This document shows positions 31,893-40,894 of a stretch of 64,000 nt of DNA, piece after piece. Made by a program: the position numbers and the translations under genes. The stretch is from Candidatus Moraniibacteriota bacterium. Lineage in GTDB: Bacteria; Patescibacteriota; Minisyncoccia; Moranbacterales; GCA-2747515. Each line of letters starts with the position of its first letter. The stretch's first letter is position 1. The stretch spans positions 55,233 through 119,232 of the forward strand of contig JBBQZC010000002.1 of the NCBI GenBank assembly GCA_038208115.1, given 5' to 3'. The notes below the pieces were generated by a model that saw only the letters and a program-made list of their open reading frames with translations, had not been told where the DNA came from and searched no databases.

Positions 31893-32180
31893 AACCACTC
31901 TCCCCTAATATTATGTTTGAAAATGAACATTAAATTTTTATAAATACCTGACGACGTGCCAATATATTTAACCTCGAATTATATATTTTTTGATAAATTC
32001 TGTCAATTGTTATTTACAGTATACAAGAAGATATGAAATCCATCCCTTTACAAATTACTCAAAACATTGTATAATTAATTACTTTCCTCACTGTAAGACA
32101 AAAGATCTCCTCTCATATGCATTTAAGCATAATGAAAAGATCGTCACGCAAGAGGTTTTAATTAAATAAACCTTTGTCCT

Positions 32181-33053
32181 ATGTCTGAAAAAATATTTAC
32201 TTTACTAAGCATTCCTACTGTCAAAAACACTCAACAAGTTGTAAAAAAATTTCCTTTTCCCATAAATCTTACGCGAGGTGCCTATCGCGATATTGAGATC
32301 ATCATTTATAAAGGGGACGTTCAGATTTTTCATAAAGGAGTCAATACAAGCGACTTTTCCTTTGTTTGGCTCAGCTCAGGATGGACACAACGAGATCTCG
32401 CCTATGCCCTAAATCTGTATTTTAATTATACAAATACACCTCATTCATACGTAGAAAAAAGCACATCAAAAGTAACGGATTGTGTTGTTTTTGGTCTCAA
32501 TGATCTTCCTATGCCAGATACTGTATTTGTCAGTCGCGCGAATGTTGAGCAAAATATTCCACTCATTAAAAGAGTGTGTGGATTTCCGCTTATTGTAAAA
32601 GATATTAGAGGTTCACAAGGTAAAGATTCTGTATATATAGCAACTGAATTGGAGCTCATGGAAAAAATGACACACCTACCAAAAAGTAAAAAATTCCTAT
32701 TTCAACGTTTCATACCAAATGATTATGATTGGGGCATCATGATCGCAAATGGTGTTGTTGTTGCAGGTGAAAAGAGCTATCCAACAAATGGGGAATTTAG
32801 AAATAATACATGCAATGGTGCTGCTGAATGCTTTGTTGATATCGCAGAAATACCAGATGAAATCAAAAACATCGCAATCAAAGCCAGTGGACTCCTCGGA
32901 TTATCTTGGTCTCGCGCAGATATCATCATTAATAAACAAACAGGTTTGCCATATCTACTCGAAGTGAATAGGTTCCCTGGTATCACTTCTAAATCCAATG
33001 AAGTCCAAGGTGCGTATACATTCTTGGCTTCACACATATTATCAACTTCATAA
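32181..33053 (+). CDS. RimK-like ATP-grasp ligase
   Basis: GFPLIVK..GSQG, QRFI, FRNN..NGA, ADII, LEVNRFPG. Confidence 0.85.
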   Translation: MSEKIFTLLSIPTVKNTQQVVKKFPFPINLTRGAYRDIEIIIYKGDVQIFHKGVNTSDFSFVWLSSGWTQRDLAYALNLYFNYTNTPHSYVEKSTSKVTDCVVFGLNDLPMPDTVFVSRANVEQNIPLIKRVCGFPLIVKDIRGSQGKDSVYIATELELMEKMTHLPKSKKFLFQRFIPNDYDWGIMIANGVVVAGEKSYPTNGEFRNNTCNGAAECFVDIAEIPDEIKNIAIKASGLLGLSWSRADIIINKQTGLPYLLEVNRFPGITSKSNEVQGAYTFLASHILSTS

Positions 33054-33064
33054 ATACCAAATTT

Positions 33065-33101
33065 AAAAAAAGTCATCAGTTTTATGCTAATGACTTTTTT
33101 T
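33065..33101. terminator. Bidirectional terminator
   Basis: A7-GTCAT...ATGAC-T run between convergent genes. Confidence 0.7.
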
Positions 33102-33123
33102 CTTTAGGTTATTTCCAATTTTG

Positions 33124-34218
33124 CTAGTAAGAAGGAATTGAAACACCAGGCACTTTGACAGTTGGGCTACCACTCCCCTTTGTATTAACCTTGACATCTC
33201 CTGCATCGACAGATGCACCAGATTTGTTAGTATTTACATTTACATTTCCGGTATTCACATTTACACCATCGCCAGAAATATCAACGCTCACATTACCTGT
33301 ATTGACTTTCACGCCCATACTATTCACTACAACACCAAAATCGTTTGCATTGTTCACTGAGTAATATTGCCCTCCAGCACATTTCGATATTGAGCTTAAC
33401 TGTGTTGCTACAGCACCCGTGACATTCAATCCAATCACATCTACTACTATTCCTGATGATTTCAACCCGCATGCATATGCAACAGGATCGCCACCACACG
33501 TTTCCTCACCATCACTAAGTAATACAATATATTTTTTTCCTGTCGCATTACTCTTTTGCAATATATCGTTTGCTCTCTGTAAAGACGCTGTAATAGGAGT
33601 CCATCCATTTGGATTTAACACATTGACTTTTGACGTAATGAGGGATGCATTGACTGGTCCCATATAATAAATCTCCTCTATACCACTACATGATACCGCC
33701 TTACCTGCTTGCGTGTTATTTCCTTTGTGTCCGTATGCGACAACGCTCAAGTTCACATCACCTTCTAATTTTTGAACATAATCAGCTACTGCTTTTTTCG
33801 CAATATCGATTCGACTGACACCTCCAACCTTCTCAGCCATACTGCCAGATGCATCAAATACCAAAACCGTATTCACACTTGCCGTTGGAGACACTTCACT
33901 CGTAGCACTACCAGTAGACCCATTAGTTTGAACTTTTACATTTCCACCATTGACATCTACACCTATCCCGTCCATGTCAACATTCACGCCATTACCGCTC
34001 GTGTCCACACTCAGTCCATCCATGTCAACATTTGCGCCGCCACTACCCGTCTTAACATTCACCCCATCTGCATTAACTTCCACTCCATTTGGTCCAACTT
34101 TTACACTTGGTACATTTTTTTTATACATCATGTAGCCAGCACCTACTGCTGTCAAGCCGAGTATTGCAACGATTGCAACGATTGCACCAGCTTGTATCAC
34201 ACCTTTCTTGTTTTTCAT
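33124..34218 (-). CDS. VWA-domain protein flanked by G/V/N beta repeats, prepilin-like N-terminus
   Basis: MKNKKG|VIQAGAIVAIV; DASGS, YGHKG, GWTP, SDGEETC. Confidence 0.85.
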   Translation of the reverse strand: MKNKKGVIQAGAIVAIVAILGLTAVGAGYMMYKKNVPSVKVGPNGVEVNADGVNVKTGSGGANVDMDGLSVDTSGNGVNVDMDGIGVDVNGGNVKVQTNGSTGSATSEVSPTASVNTVLVFDASGSMAEKVGGVSRIDIAKKAVADYVQKLEGDVNLSVVAYGHKGNNTQAGKAVSCSGIEEIYYMGPVNASLITSKVNVLNPNGWTPITASLQRANDILQKSNATGKKYIVLLSDGEETCGGDPVAYACGLKSSGIVVDVIGLNVTGAVATQLSSISKCAGGQYYSVNNANDFGVVVNSMGVKVNTGNVSVDISGDGVNVNTGNVNVNTNKSGASVDAGDVKVNTKGSGSPTVKVPGVSIPSY

Positions 34219-34255
34219 TTTTTTTATTTAATATTTAAAATACTGTTCATAATAA

Positions 34256-34558
34256 TTACATATCAACTTCTACGCCATTTGCTCCAGTTTTTACATCCAC
34301 ATTTCCTGTGTTCACACGCACACCATCGTCATTTGTTTGTACTGTTGTTGTGTCAGTTATTTCCGCACCCATCTGTGCACCATTATTATTACCTGTTTGA
34401 ATTTTTACACCATTTGTGTTAACGCTCGTTCCATCTGGTCCAACTTTTACACTGGTCGATCCACTTTTATTTGCTTCACAGCCAAAGCCAATCATACAGA
34501 AAAGAATTACAACTGCAACCACTGTGAAAGATTGCATTGATTTTTTTTCATTTTTCAT
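34256..34558 (-). CDS. Small lipoprotein with GVxVNTG repeats
   Basis: Lipobox-like GFG-C; repeats shared with the downstream VWA protein. Confidence 0.7.
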   Translation of the reverse strand: MKNEKKSMQSFTVVAVVILFCMIGFGCEANKSGSTSVKVGPDGTSVNTNGVKIQTGNNNGAQMGAEITDTTTVQTNDDGVRVNTGNVDVKTGANGVEVDM

Positions 34559-34655
34559 TTTTTTTATTTAAAATTTACACATATTAATTATAATATAAAA
34601 TATGATATTAATCAAAATTATTTATTTTATTTGTACAAAAAATTAAAACTTTCAA

Positions 34656-35231
34656 TCACGATCTTTGATTCATTACTATTTTACCAGTGATCTGCATATT
34701 GTCTTTTTCATCTACATCATCTGCTACCATATCATCAGAATTGTTTGTCTTTCTTAATTGTTTATATGACAAAATGTCTTCTTCCATTTGATCAGCACCT
34801 GATTTCGCCTTGATTGTCATTTGTCCTCCTAGTCCTTCTTTAGGAATCTCCATCATCGCGCCAATACCTCCATCTGGTATTATCATTGCAGCAACATTTT
34901 TACTCGAGGCAAAAGCTGGTGCTGCAGCAAGCGTTACGAGAAACCCAACAACTAATTGAGCAGCTTTTCTTTTACTCCATTTCAAAACAGTAGTTGCATA
35001 ACTCGTCAACGGCTCCATATTTCCCTTTTGCATTTCACTTTTTACTTCATCTGGTACTTGTTCAAATATTCTTTTAAATTCTTCCAACGTAGCAGAATCA
35101 ATTCCGTCAAACAAGAGTTCATAATTTTTATTTAATTGCTCAGGATTTGTGGATAGATTAAACCCTTCGACAAATCTTTCATTAGCGTGACTGATTTCTT
35201 CAGAGTTGTTCTTCTCTTCAAATGCACACAT
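34656..35231 (-). CDS. Hypothetical protein with internal signal-like segment
   Basis: Acidic N-terminal half, then KRK-hydrophobic-AFA. Confidence 0.65.
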   Translation of the reverse strand: MCAFEEKNNSEEISHANERFVEGFNLSTNPEQLNKNYELLFDGIDSATLEEFKRIFEQVPDEVKSEMQKGNMEPLTSYATTVLKWSKRKAAQLVVGFLVTLAAAPAFASSKNVAAMIIPDGGIGAMMEIPKEGLGGQMTIKAKSGADQMEEDILSYKQLRKTNNSDDMVADDVDEKDNMQITGKIVMNQRS

Positions 35232-35401
35232 ATCGAATTTCGCAAAAATAGTTATTAAATATATTATATCATAATTTTTCCAATTACTAACAAATTATAC
35301 AAATCTCATAGCAGCAATCGAGTGTCAAAGTTTTTTTTGAAATATAAAGGACTTTTCGATTGTATTAGTAATGTAATTGGCATAATTAACTTATAAGAAC
35401 T

Positions 35402-35548
35402 ATGTGGGCAATAATTGCGACTCTATTTATACTCTGGCTATTGGGATTAATCACCTCCAATACACTTGGCGGATTTGTTCACATTCTGATAATTATTGCC
35501 ATTATCTTAATAATTATACGCATGTTACAAGGTCGTGATCTCATGTGA
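35402..35548 (+). CDS. lmo0937-family small membrane protein
   Basis: Not in ORF track: MWAIIATLFILWLLGLITSNTLGGFVHILIIIAIILIIIRMLQGRDLM*. Confidence 0.8.
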   Translation: MWAIIATLFILWLLGLITSNTLGGFVHILIIIAIILIIIRMLQGRDLM

Positions 35549-35591
35549 AGAAAAACTGATTGCATAATTATATTTTTAAAAATGTACATAT

Positions 35592-35942
35592 ATGGATTCA
35601 TTTAATTCTCCCAGCACAAAACCATTATACCGAGGAACACAAATTGTTTGGTATATTTTAAGTATTGTTGAAGTATTGCTCGTTTTTCGATTCGTTTTGA
35701 AATTGTTAGGCGCAAATCCTGCTGCTGGATTTACAAGTTTTATCTATGGAATAACGCACTTCTTTGTTGCTCCTTTTCTTACTGTATTTCGCATTTCTCA
35801 GGTCTCGGGTAATATTTTTGAATGGACTACACTTTTGGCGATGTTTGTATACTGGATTTTAGCCATCGCCATCATCAAATTATTCCTTATGGGAAAAACC
35901 GTTTCCACTACAGAAGCAGCAACTGAACTAAACAATCAATAA
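35592..35942 (+). CDS. YggT-family membrane protein
   Basis: LLVFRFVLKLLGANP...FIY..T...VAPF. Confidence 0.8.
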   Translation: MDSFNSPSTKPLYRGTQIVWYILSIVEVLLVFRFVLKLLGANPAAGFTSFIYGITHFFVAPFLTVFRISQVSGNIFEWTTLLAMFVYWILAIAIIKLFLMGKTVSTTEAATELNNQ

Positions 35943-35961
35943 TTACTAATCACACAAATAT

Positions 35962-36201
35962 ATGGGAATTATCTTATGGATCATTTTTGGAGCAATTGTA
36001 GGATGGATTGCTTCCACAATCATGGGGACGAACGAGGGTTTAATTTTGGATATTATTTTAGGTGTTGTAGGTGCTGTTTTGGGGGGATGGCTCATGGACT
36101 TTTTTGGCAAAGGCGGTGTCTCTGGTTTTAATCTGTATAGTTTTTTAGTAGCTATACTTGGAGCAGTGGTTCTCATTGCTATTGTCAAAGCCATACGTTA
36201 A
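35962..36201 (+). CDS. GlsB/YeaQ/YmgE-family stress membrane protein
   Basis: WIIFGAIVGWIAS...DIILGVVGAVLGG. Confidence 0.88.
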   Translation: MGIILWIIFGAIVGWIASTIMGTNEGLILDIILGVVGAVLGGWLMDFFGKGGVSGFNLYSFLVAILGAVVLIAIVKAIR

Positions 36202-36263
36202 GCCACTTTTTTTCAATAAAAAGACGTTAGCAATAATACTACATTGTTAACGTCTTTATTTAG

Positions 36264-36785
36264 TTAATCAGGCCAACCCTGCATTTGCAGTTTCCTCGAT
36301 TTTTCCCTTATACTCTCTGCCATTTTACGACGATGCCCAGCCAATTTATCGCTTAAGTCAACATCACCACCAGCTGCAAGAATTTGTATTGCCAAATATG
36401 CTGCATTGTCCGCACAATCGATAGCAACCGTCGCTACAGGAATTCCTGACGGCATTTGTACTGTTGCCAAAAGCGCATCTAGACCATCAAGTTTCGAACT
36501 CGAAAGCGGAACACCAATGACTGGCTGTATCGTGTGAGCAGCAATTGCACCAGCGAGATGTGCCGCCCACCCAGCGCCAGCGATGAATACTCTGCATCCA
36601 CGCTTTTTCCACGCATCAACAATCCTCACCAAATCTTCTGGGGTACGATGTGCTGAGCAAATTGTCGCAGCATACGGCACTTTAAAATTCTCAAGCACAT
36701 CTTTAGCCTTGCTCATTATCATTGCATCATTATCACTACCCATAACGATACCCACTAAAATTGGACTCATGTTTTTTTCACTCAC
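36264..36785 (-). CDS. purE: N5-CAIR mutase PurE
   Basis: [38 protein letters not shown]; GTG start after SD AGGAGG. Confidence 0.95.
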   Translation of the reverse strand: MSEKNMSPILVGIVMGSDNDAMIMSKAKDVLENFKVPYAATICSAHRTPEDLVRIVDAWKKRGCRVFIAGAGWAAHLAGAIAAHTIQPVIGVPLSSSKLDGLDALLATVQMPSGIPVATVAIDCADNAAYLAIQILAAGGDVDLSDKLAGHRRKMAESIREKSRKLQMQGWPD

Positions 36786-36929
36786 TTTTGCTCCTCCTGA
36801 GTTAGGTTTTATCAATTTCACGTTTCAAAAATGATTTTTTGCCTCATTTATCCTTTTTACCGTCACTACACACTTTTTGTATTGTTGATTAATATATGAC
36901 ATCGTAATGATTTAGCGTATACAATCTTA

Positions 36930-36990
36930 TTTAAAATAACAATCTGTAAAAAGCGGTCTTTTATCATAACAGAAATGTATTATTATGCAA
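36930..36990 (-). promoter_or_regulatory. purE promoter
   Basis: TTGCAT-16-TATGAT with extended TG; TGTTATTTTAAA downstream. Confidence 0.55.
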
Positions 36991-37095
36991 TGTTTCCATC
37001 AAAAAGATTTATTTATCTAAATCTTTGTTTTTTCGCAAAATAGACTATAATACTAATATAATCAAAATTATCTATTCATCCATTAAAATACGCCA

Positions 37096-37950
37096 ATGGG
37101 TTTCGAAAATTACTCGATGAACAATGACCTCAGAAAGAAAGCTCTAGAATTAGAAGAGCAAAATGCACAAATTGAAGCTATGCCACATGGTGCTGAAAGA
37201 GAAATTCAAATCACACAAGCTGATCAGCTCAATACAGAGCTCGATAGGTTAGAAAAATTGACCGGCGCTTCTGGTGAGGAAATTTTAAAAGAGTATGAAA
37301 AATTAAACATAGAAATGGCAAGACAAGGGATTGATACACTATTGAAAGAATTACGACTTATGTGCACTGAAGAAGAAAGAGCTGCCTTAGGGGAAGAAAT
37401 GAATAGTGGTAATCTTGATACACTTTTAGCTACAGTAAAAAAATATTTTCCTATTCGCGCCATATTTATTACTGCTTGCGTACTCGTGATCACATCAAGT
37501 ACATGGGCAAAAAATGCATCGGCAAATCAAACAGGAGAGCATATTGTGTCTGCATCTCATATTTCACTAAAAGTAGAGAATGTGAATACTAAGAAAGAAA
37601 TGAGCGTTCTGGCAGAAGCAGAGATTATGGTACAAGATGCAAATAACAAAGCAAAAGATGTAATCAATAATGTGGAAGGATTTATCAAATCATTAGCACA
37701 AAAAGAGATTATCGATGAAGTCGCTAAAAATAGTGATGGAATTATTGCATATTTAAATAACACATCATCTGAACTGCCTGCACTCAATGGCCGTGCAGCT
37801 GATTTGATTAATGTCTACACAGACGCTGTTAAAAGAATTGATAGTCTCGGCAATGAAAAAGCATCACAAAAAATTAGAGCACAACTTATCAAAAAAATTG
37901 AAATTGTTGCTTCGTTAGATTATGCAGAGATCAAAAAAGCTCTATCGTGA
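37096..37950 (+). CDS. Hypothetical coiled-coil protein with internal TM/signal segment
   Basis: 284 aa; central IRAIFITACVLVITSSTWA. Confidence 0.7.
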   Translation: MGFENYSMNNDLRKKALELEEQNAQIEAMPHGAEREIQITQADQLNTELDRLEKLTGASGEEILKEYEKLNIEMARQGIDTLLKELRLMCTEEERAALGEEMNSGNLDTLLATVKKYFPIRAIFITACVLVITSSTWAKNASANQTGEHIVSASHISLKVENVNTKKEMSVLAEAEIMVQDANNKAKDVINNVEGFIKSLAQKEIIDEVAKNSDGIIAYLNNTSSELPALNGRAADLINVYTDAVKRIDSLGNEKASQKIRAQLIKKIEIVASLDYAEIKKALS

Positions 37951-37976
37951 TTTTCTCTATAAATTGAATTAAAAAC

Positions 37977-38000
37977 TGCCGATACGTATTCGTATCGGCA
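37977..38000. terminator. Hairpin terminator between convergent genes
   Basis: TGCCGATACG-tatt-CGTATCGGCA perfect stem. Confidence 0.75.
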
Positions 38001-38015
38001 ATATTTCTTCACATA

Positions 38016-38171
38016 TTATGTGAGAGGCGTATCACTGATCCAGCGCTTACATTCCTTACATTCTCTTCTCTCAAAAGAGAATTTGTGTCCAAACTCATTT
38101 TCAGCCTGAATGACGGTTATTTCCGTTTTATCATGACTGCACGCAACATGATTACAACTACACATCTTCAT
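38016..38171 (-). CDS. Small zinc-finger-like protein, 51 aa
   Basis: Not in ORF track: MKMCSCNHVACSHDKTEITVIQAENEFGHKFSFERRECKECKRWISDTPLT*; SD GAGGAGG; promoter TTGACG-18-TATGGT. Confidence 0.7.
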   Translation of the reverse strand: MKMCSCNHVACSHDKTEITVIQAENEFGHKFSFERRECKECKRWISDTPLT

Positions 38172-38281
38172 GACAGATCCTCCTCATTTTTTTGCAATTA
38201 AAAAACAACTAAAAACCTTCTAACACCATAGCAATTATTGCACCTCATCGTCAAATATTGAATTCAAAATGAAATTCTTAT

Positions 38282-38836
38282 CTAGTTTGGAAGATATACC
38301 TTTTTGTAGGTGTAACTTGCGATAACTCTCGTAGCCACGCGCATCGCTACAAATGTCATAAGGATCGTAAATGACGAAAGATTAGTAATAGCCGCAATCA
38401 ATAATATGAATGCGGATAGAGCAACCTCAACAACATTTGTGAGCATCCATGTATCAATATATTTTCTGTAAAACTTGGTTGGATGATATTCAATTTTTGA
38501 GCTATACAACCACAGAAAGTCCAGAATTTTGATCAATCCAAAAGCCATTATGAAATATATGACAAGATTTTGTGTGGAATAAATATATAGAAATAATGCA
38601 AAGCAAATCGCCAAATCCAAAAAGACATCAACTTCTTTTTTAGGGGGCCATTTTTTCAATGTGGGTCCATAATCGATCCAATAATCAGTCACATCAAGAT
38701 ATGCAAAAATAAACGCGATGTATTGCCAGGGTTCGTGCAAATTTTCCCACCACTGAAATCCCAATCCTAGGACAATACCAATCATGATGTCAATAAATTT
38801 GATGCTGAAATTTTTTATTTCTATTTTTTTCATCAT
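38282..38836 (-). CDS. Hypothetical membrane protein
   Basis: About 6 TM segments. Confidence 0.7.
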   Translation of the reverse strand: MMKKIEIKNFSIKFIDIMIGIVLGLGFQWWENLHEPWQYIAFIFAYLDVTDYWIDYGPTLKKWPPKKEVDVFLDLAICFALFLYIYSTQNLVIYFIMAFGLIKILDFLWLYSSKIEYHPTKFYRKYIDTWMLTNVVEVALSAFILLIAAITNLSSFTILMTFVAMRVATRVIASYTYKKVYLPN

Positions 38837-39065
38837 GAATCAATTATACCACAACTGCACTTTTCTCTTTTACGATTATTAATTCTAAAAATATTCTATT
38901 GATAAAAATAATAGCAGCAAACAGAAATGACTTACTAAACACTGTAAATATTTTACTTACTGAGAGTTGCGACTCCTTGAACACAATGTATTAAAATTTA
39001 AAAGGAATTCCTCATTTTAAGAAATTCCTTTTTGTCACATGACACCAACTAGATGTTAAAATCTT

Positions 39066-40346
39066 TCATCGTCCAATTGCGCGGTCTGCGATATCGCTCC
39101 TGTAAAACAAACCGGCACTCTTGATTTCGCCAACTGCCTGATATGCATTTTGCTGCGCGTGCGTAAAATCTTTTCCCAAAGCAGTTACGCCGAGCACTCG
39201 ACCACCTGAGGATACGAGATTGCACTGTGCATCCAACGTTGTACCGGCGTGAAAAACCATTGCACCTGTTTCTTCTGCCTGTTTGATGCCATCGATTGAG
39301 ATGCCTTTTTCGTAAGACCCCGGATACCCTTCTGCAACCATTACAACACATACTGCTGGTTGTGGATTCCATTTGATCTCACACTCGTCCAACTTACCTC
39401 TTGACGCAAACGACATGAGAGTAATCAAATCAGTCTCCATACGGGCCAATATTGGTTGCGTTTCTGGATCACCTAAGCGTACATTGAATTCAAGCACCCA
39501 TGGCTTTCCATCAGAATCAATCATGATGCCGGCATACAAAAATCCCGTGAACTGACACCCCTCTTCTTCCATGGCCGCCACGGTTGGGTAAATGATCTGA
39601 TTGAGAATTCGCTTTTCCATCTCTGGAGTGACGACTGGAGCAGGTGAATATGCACCCATACCTCCAGTGTTCGGACCGATATCACCGTCACTGCGACGCT
39701 TATGGTCTTGTGATGATGCAAGTGGCAAAACGTTGCCATTATAATCCACCATCACAATATACGATGCTTCTTCGCCTTGCAAAAATTCCTCGATCACAAC
39801 ACTTGCGCCGGCAATACCAAACTGACGATCCACCATAATCTCTTGGATTGCCACAATGGATTCATTGAAACTATTGCAAATGAAGACACCTTTCCCTGCA
39901 GCGAGACCATCTGCTTTGATGACTATTGGAAAGATATTGTGATCCTTCACATATCGCTCTGCTCTTTCAGGGTCAGTGAATCTTTCATATTTTGCTGAAG
40001 GGATGCCATATTTTCTTAGAATATTTTTCGTAAACGACTTTGATCCCTCAAGCATAGCAGCTTTGGCATTTGGTCCAAAGATCATTAAGCCATTTTGCCT
40101 GAATGCATCGACGATGCCACGTGTGAGTGGCTCTTCCGGGCCTACGATGGTTAGATCGATTTTTTCTTTTTTTACAAAATCGATCAGTGCAGCAAAATCA
40201 TTTGGATTGATGTCCACATTTGTTGCAATTTGATTCGTGCCCGCATTACCTGGAGCACAAAACACTGTTTTAACAAAAAACGATTGTGCGATTTTCCATG
40301 CTAATGCATGTTCCCTCCCACCACTGCCAATCACTAATACATTCAT
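39066..40346 (-). CDS. purD: Phosphoribosylamine-glycine ligase PurD
   Basis: GSGGREHALAW, KADGLAAGKGV, QDHKR, NTGGMGAY, EFNVRLGDPETQ; SD GGAGG. Confidence 0.97.
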   Translation of the reverse strand: MNVLVIGSGGREHALAWKIAQSFFVKTVFCAPGNAGTNQIATNVDINPNDFAALIDFVKKEKIDLTIVGPEEPLTRGIVDAFRQNGLMIFGPNAKAAMLEGSKSFTKNILRKYGIPSAKYERFTDPERAERYVKDHNIFPIVIKADGLAAGKGVFICNSFNESIVAIQEIMVDRQFGIAGASVVIEEFLQGEEASYIVMVDYNGNVLPLASSQDHKRRSDGDIGPNTGGMGAYSPAPVVTPEMEKRILNQIIYPTVAAMEEEGCQFTGFLYAGIMIDSDGKPWVLEFNVRLGDPETQPILARMETDLITLMSFASRGKLDECEIKWNPQPAVCVVMVAEGYPGSYEKGISIDGIKQAEETGAMVFHAGTTLDAQCNLVSSGGRVLGVTALGKDFTHAQQNAYQAVGEIKSAGLFYRSDIADRAIGR

Positions 40347-40444
40347 CGTATTTAACCCTCCATTCCTCTGTTTTTTTATACGTCGACGATTATCGCCATA
40401 AAACGTTTTAAAAATACTAAAACTGCTCAAAAAAGCAGTTCCTC

Positions 40445-40472
40445 ATCATAACATATATCTGTATTTATGCAA
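40445..40472 (-). promoter_or_regulatory. purD promoter
   Basis: TTGCAT-16-TATGAT with extended TG; matches the purE promoter. Confidence 0.55.
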
Positions 40473-40643
40473 TAATATATGTATACTGGAAGTTATTTGA
40501 TAGAAAAATAAGAACCTCTTAATAACTCTAAATAGTATTTCCCGTGACGAGATTTCTCACACGCAAGCAGTGTCCAAAAAGCAAAGCACATAAAAAATGA
40601 TATCACTGAAACCCCATATTTTCGCGAAGTCATTGCCTATGTC

Positions 40644-40892
40644 ATGAATTTCATACTGGATGAAATTAAAAAAACACAAAAAAATAGCATCACTCATAAG
40701 GAAGCTCTACACACAGCACTACGCATCGAACAATCTATGATTGAAAAAAGGTGCTTTGAAATGTTTAGCTCTCCAAGCAAAAGCGTTCACAATATTTTCC
40801 TCAAACTTAATAAGGAAACGGAATGTCACATAGAGACACTCCTTGCAGAAATGAAAAAAAATAAGTTCACCTTTAAAGACCCTAAAAAATAA
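40644..40892 (+). pseudogene. Probable C-terminal fragment of a ferritin/rubrerythrin-like protein
   Basis: ALHTALRIEQSMIE...LNKETECH helix pair; no intact upstream frame. Confidence 0.35.
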
Positions 40893-40894
40893 GA

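Noticed and set aside
30359-33053. ATP-grasp ligase plus repeat protein plus peptidase as a graspetide RiPP cluster
   Set aside because: The ligase looks RimK-type and is divergently transcribed; the repeat protein has a Sec signal and sits in an operon with a VWA gene
33772-34422. 216-aa plus-strand ORF and many similar antisense ORFs
   Set aside because: Shadow frames of well-supported opposite-strand genes
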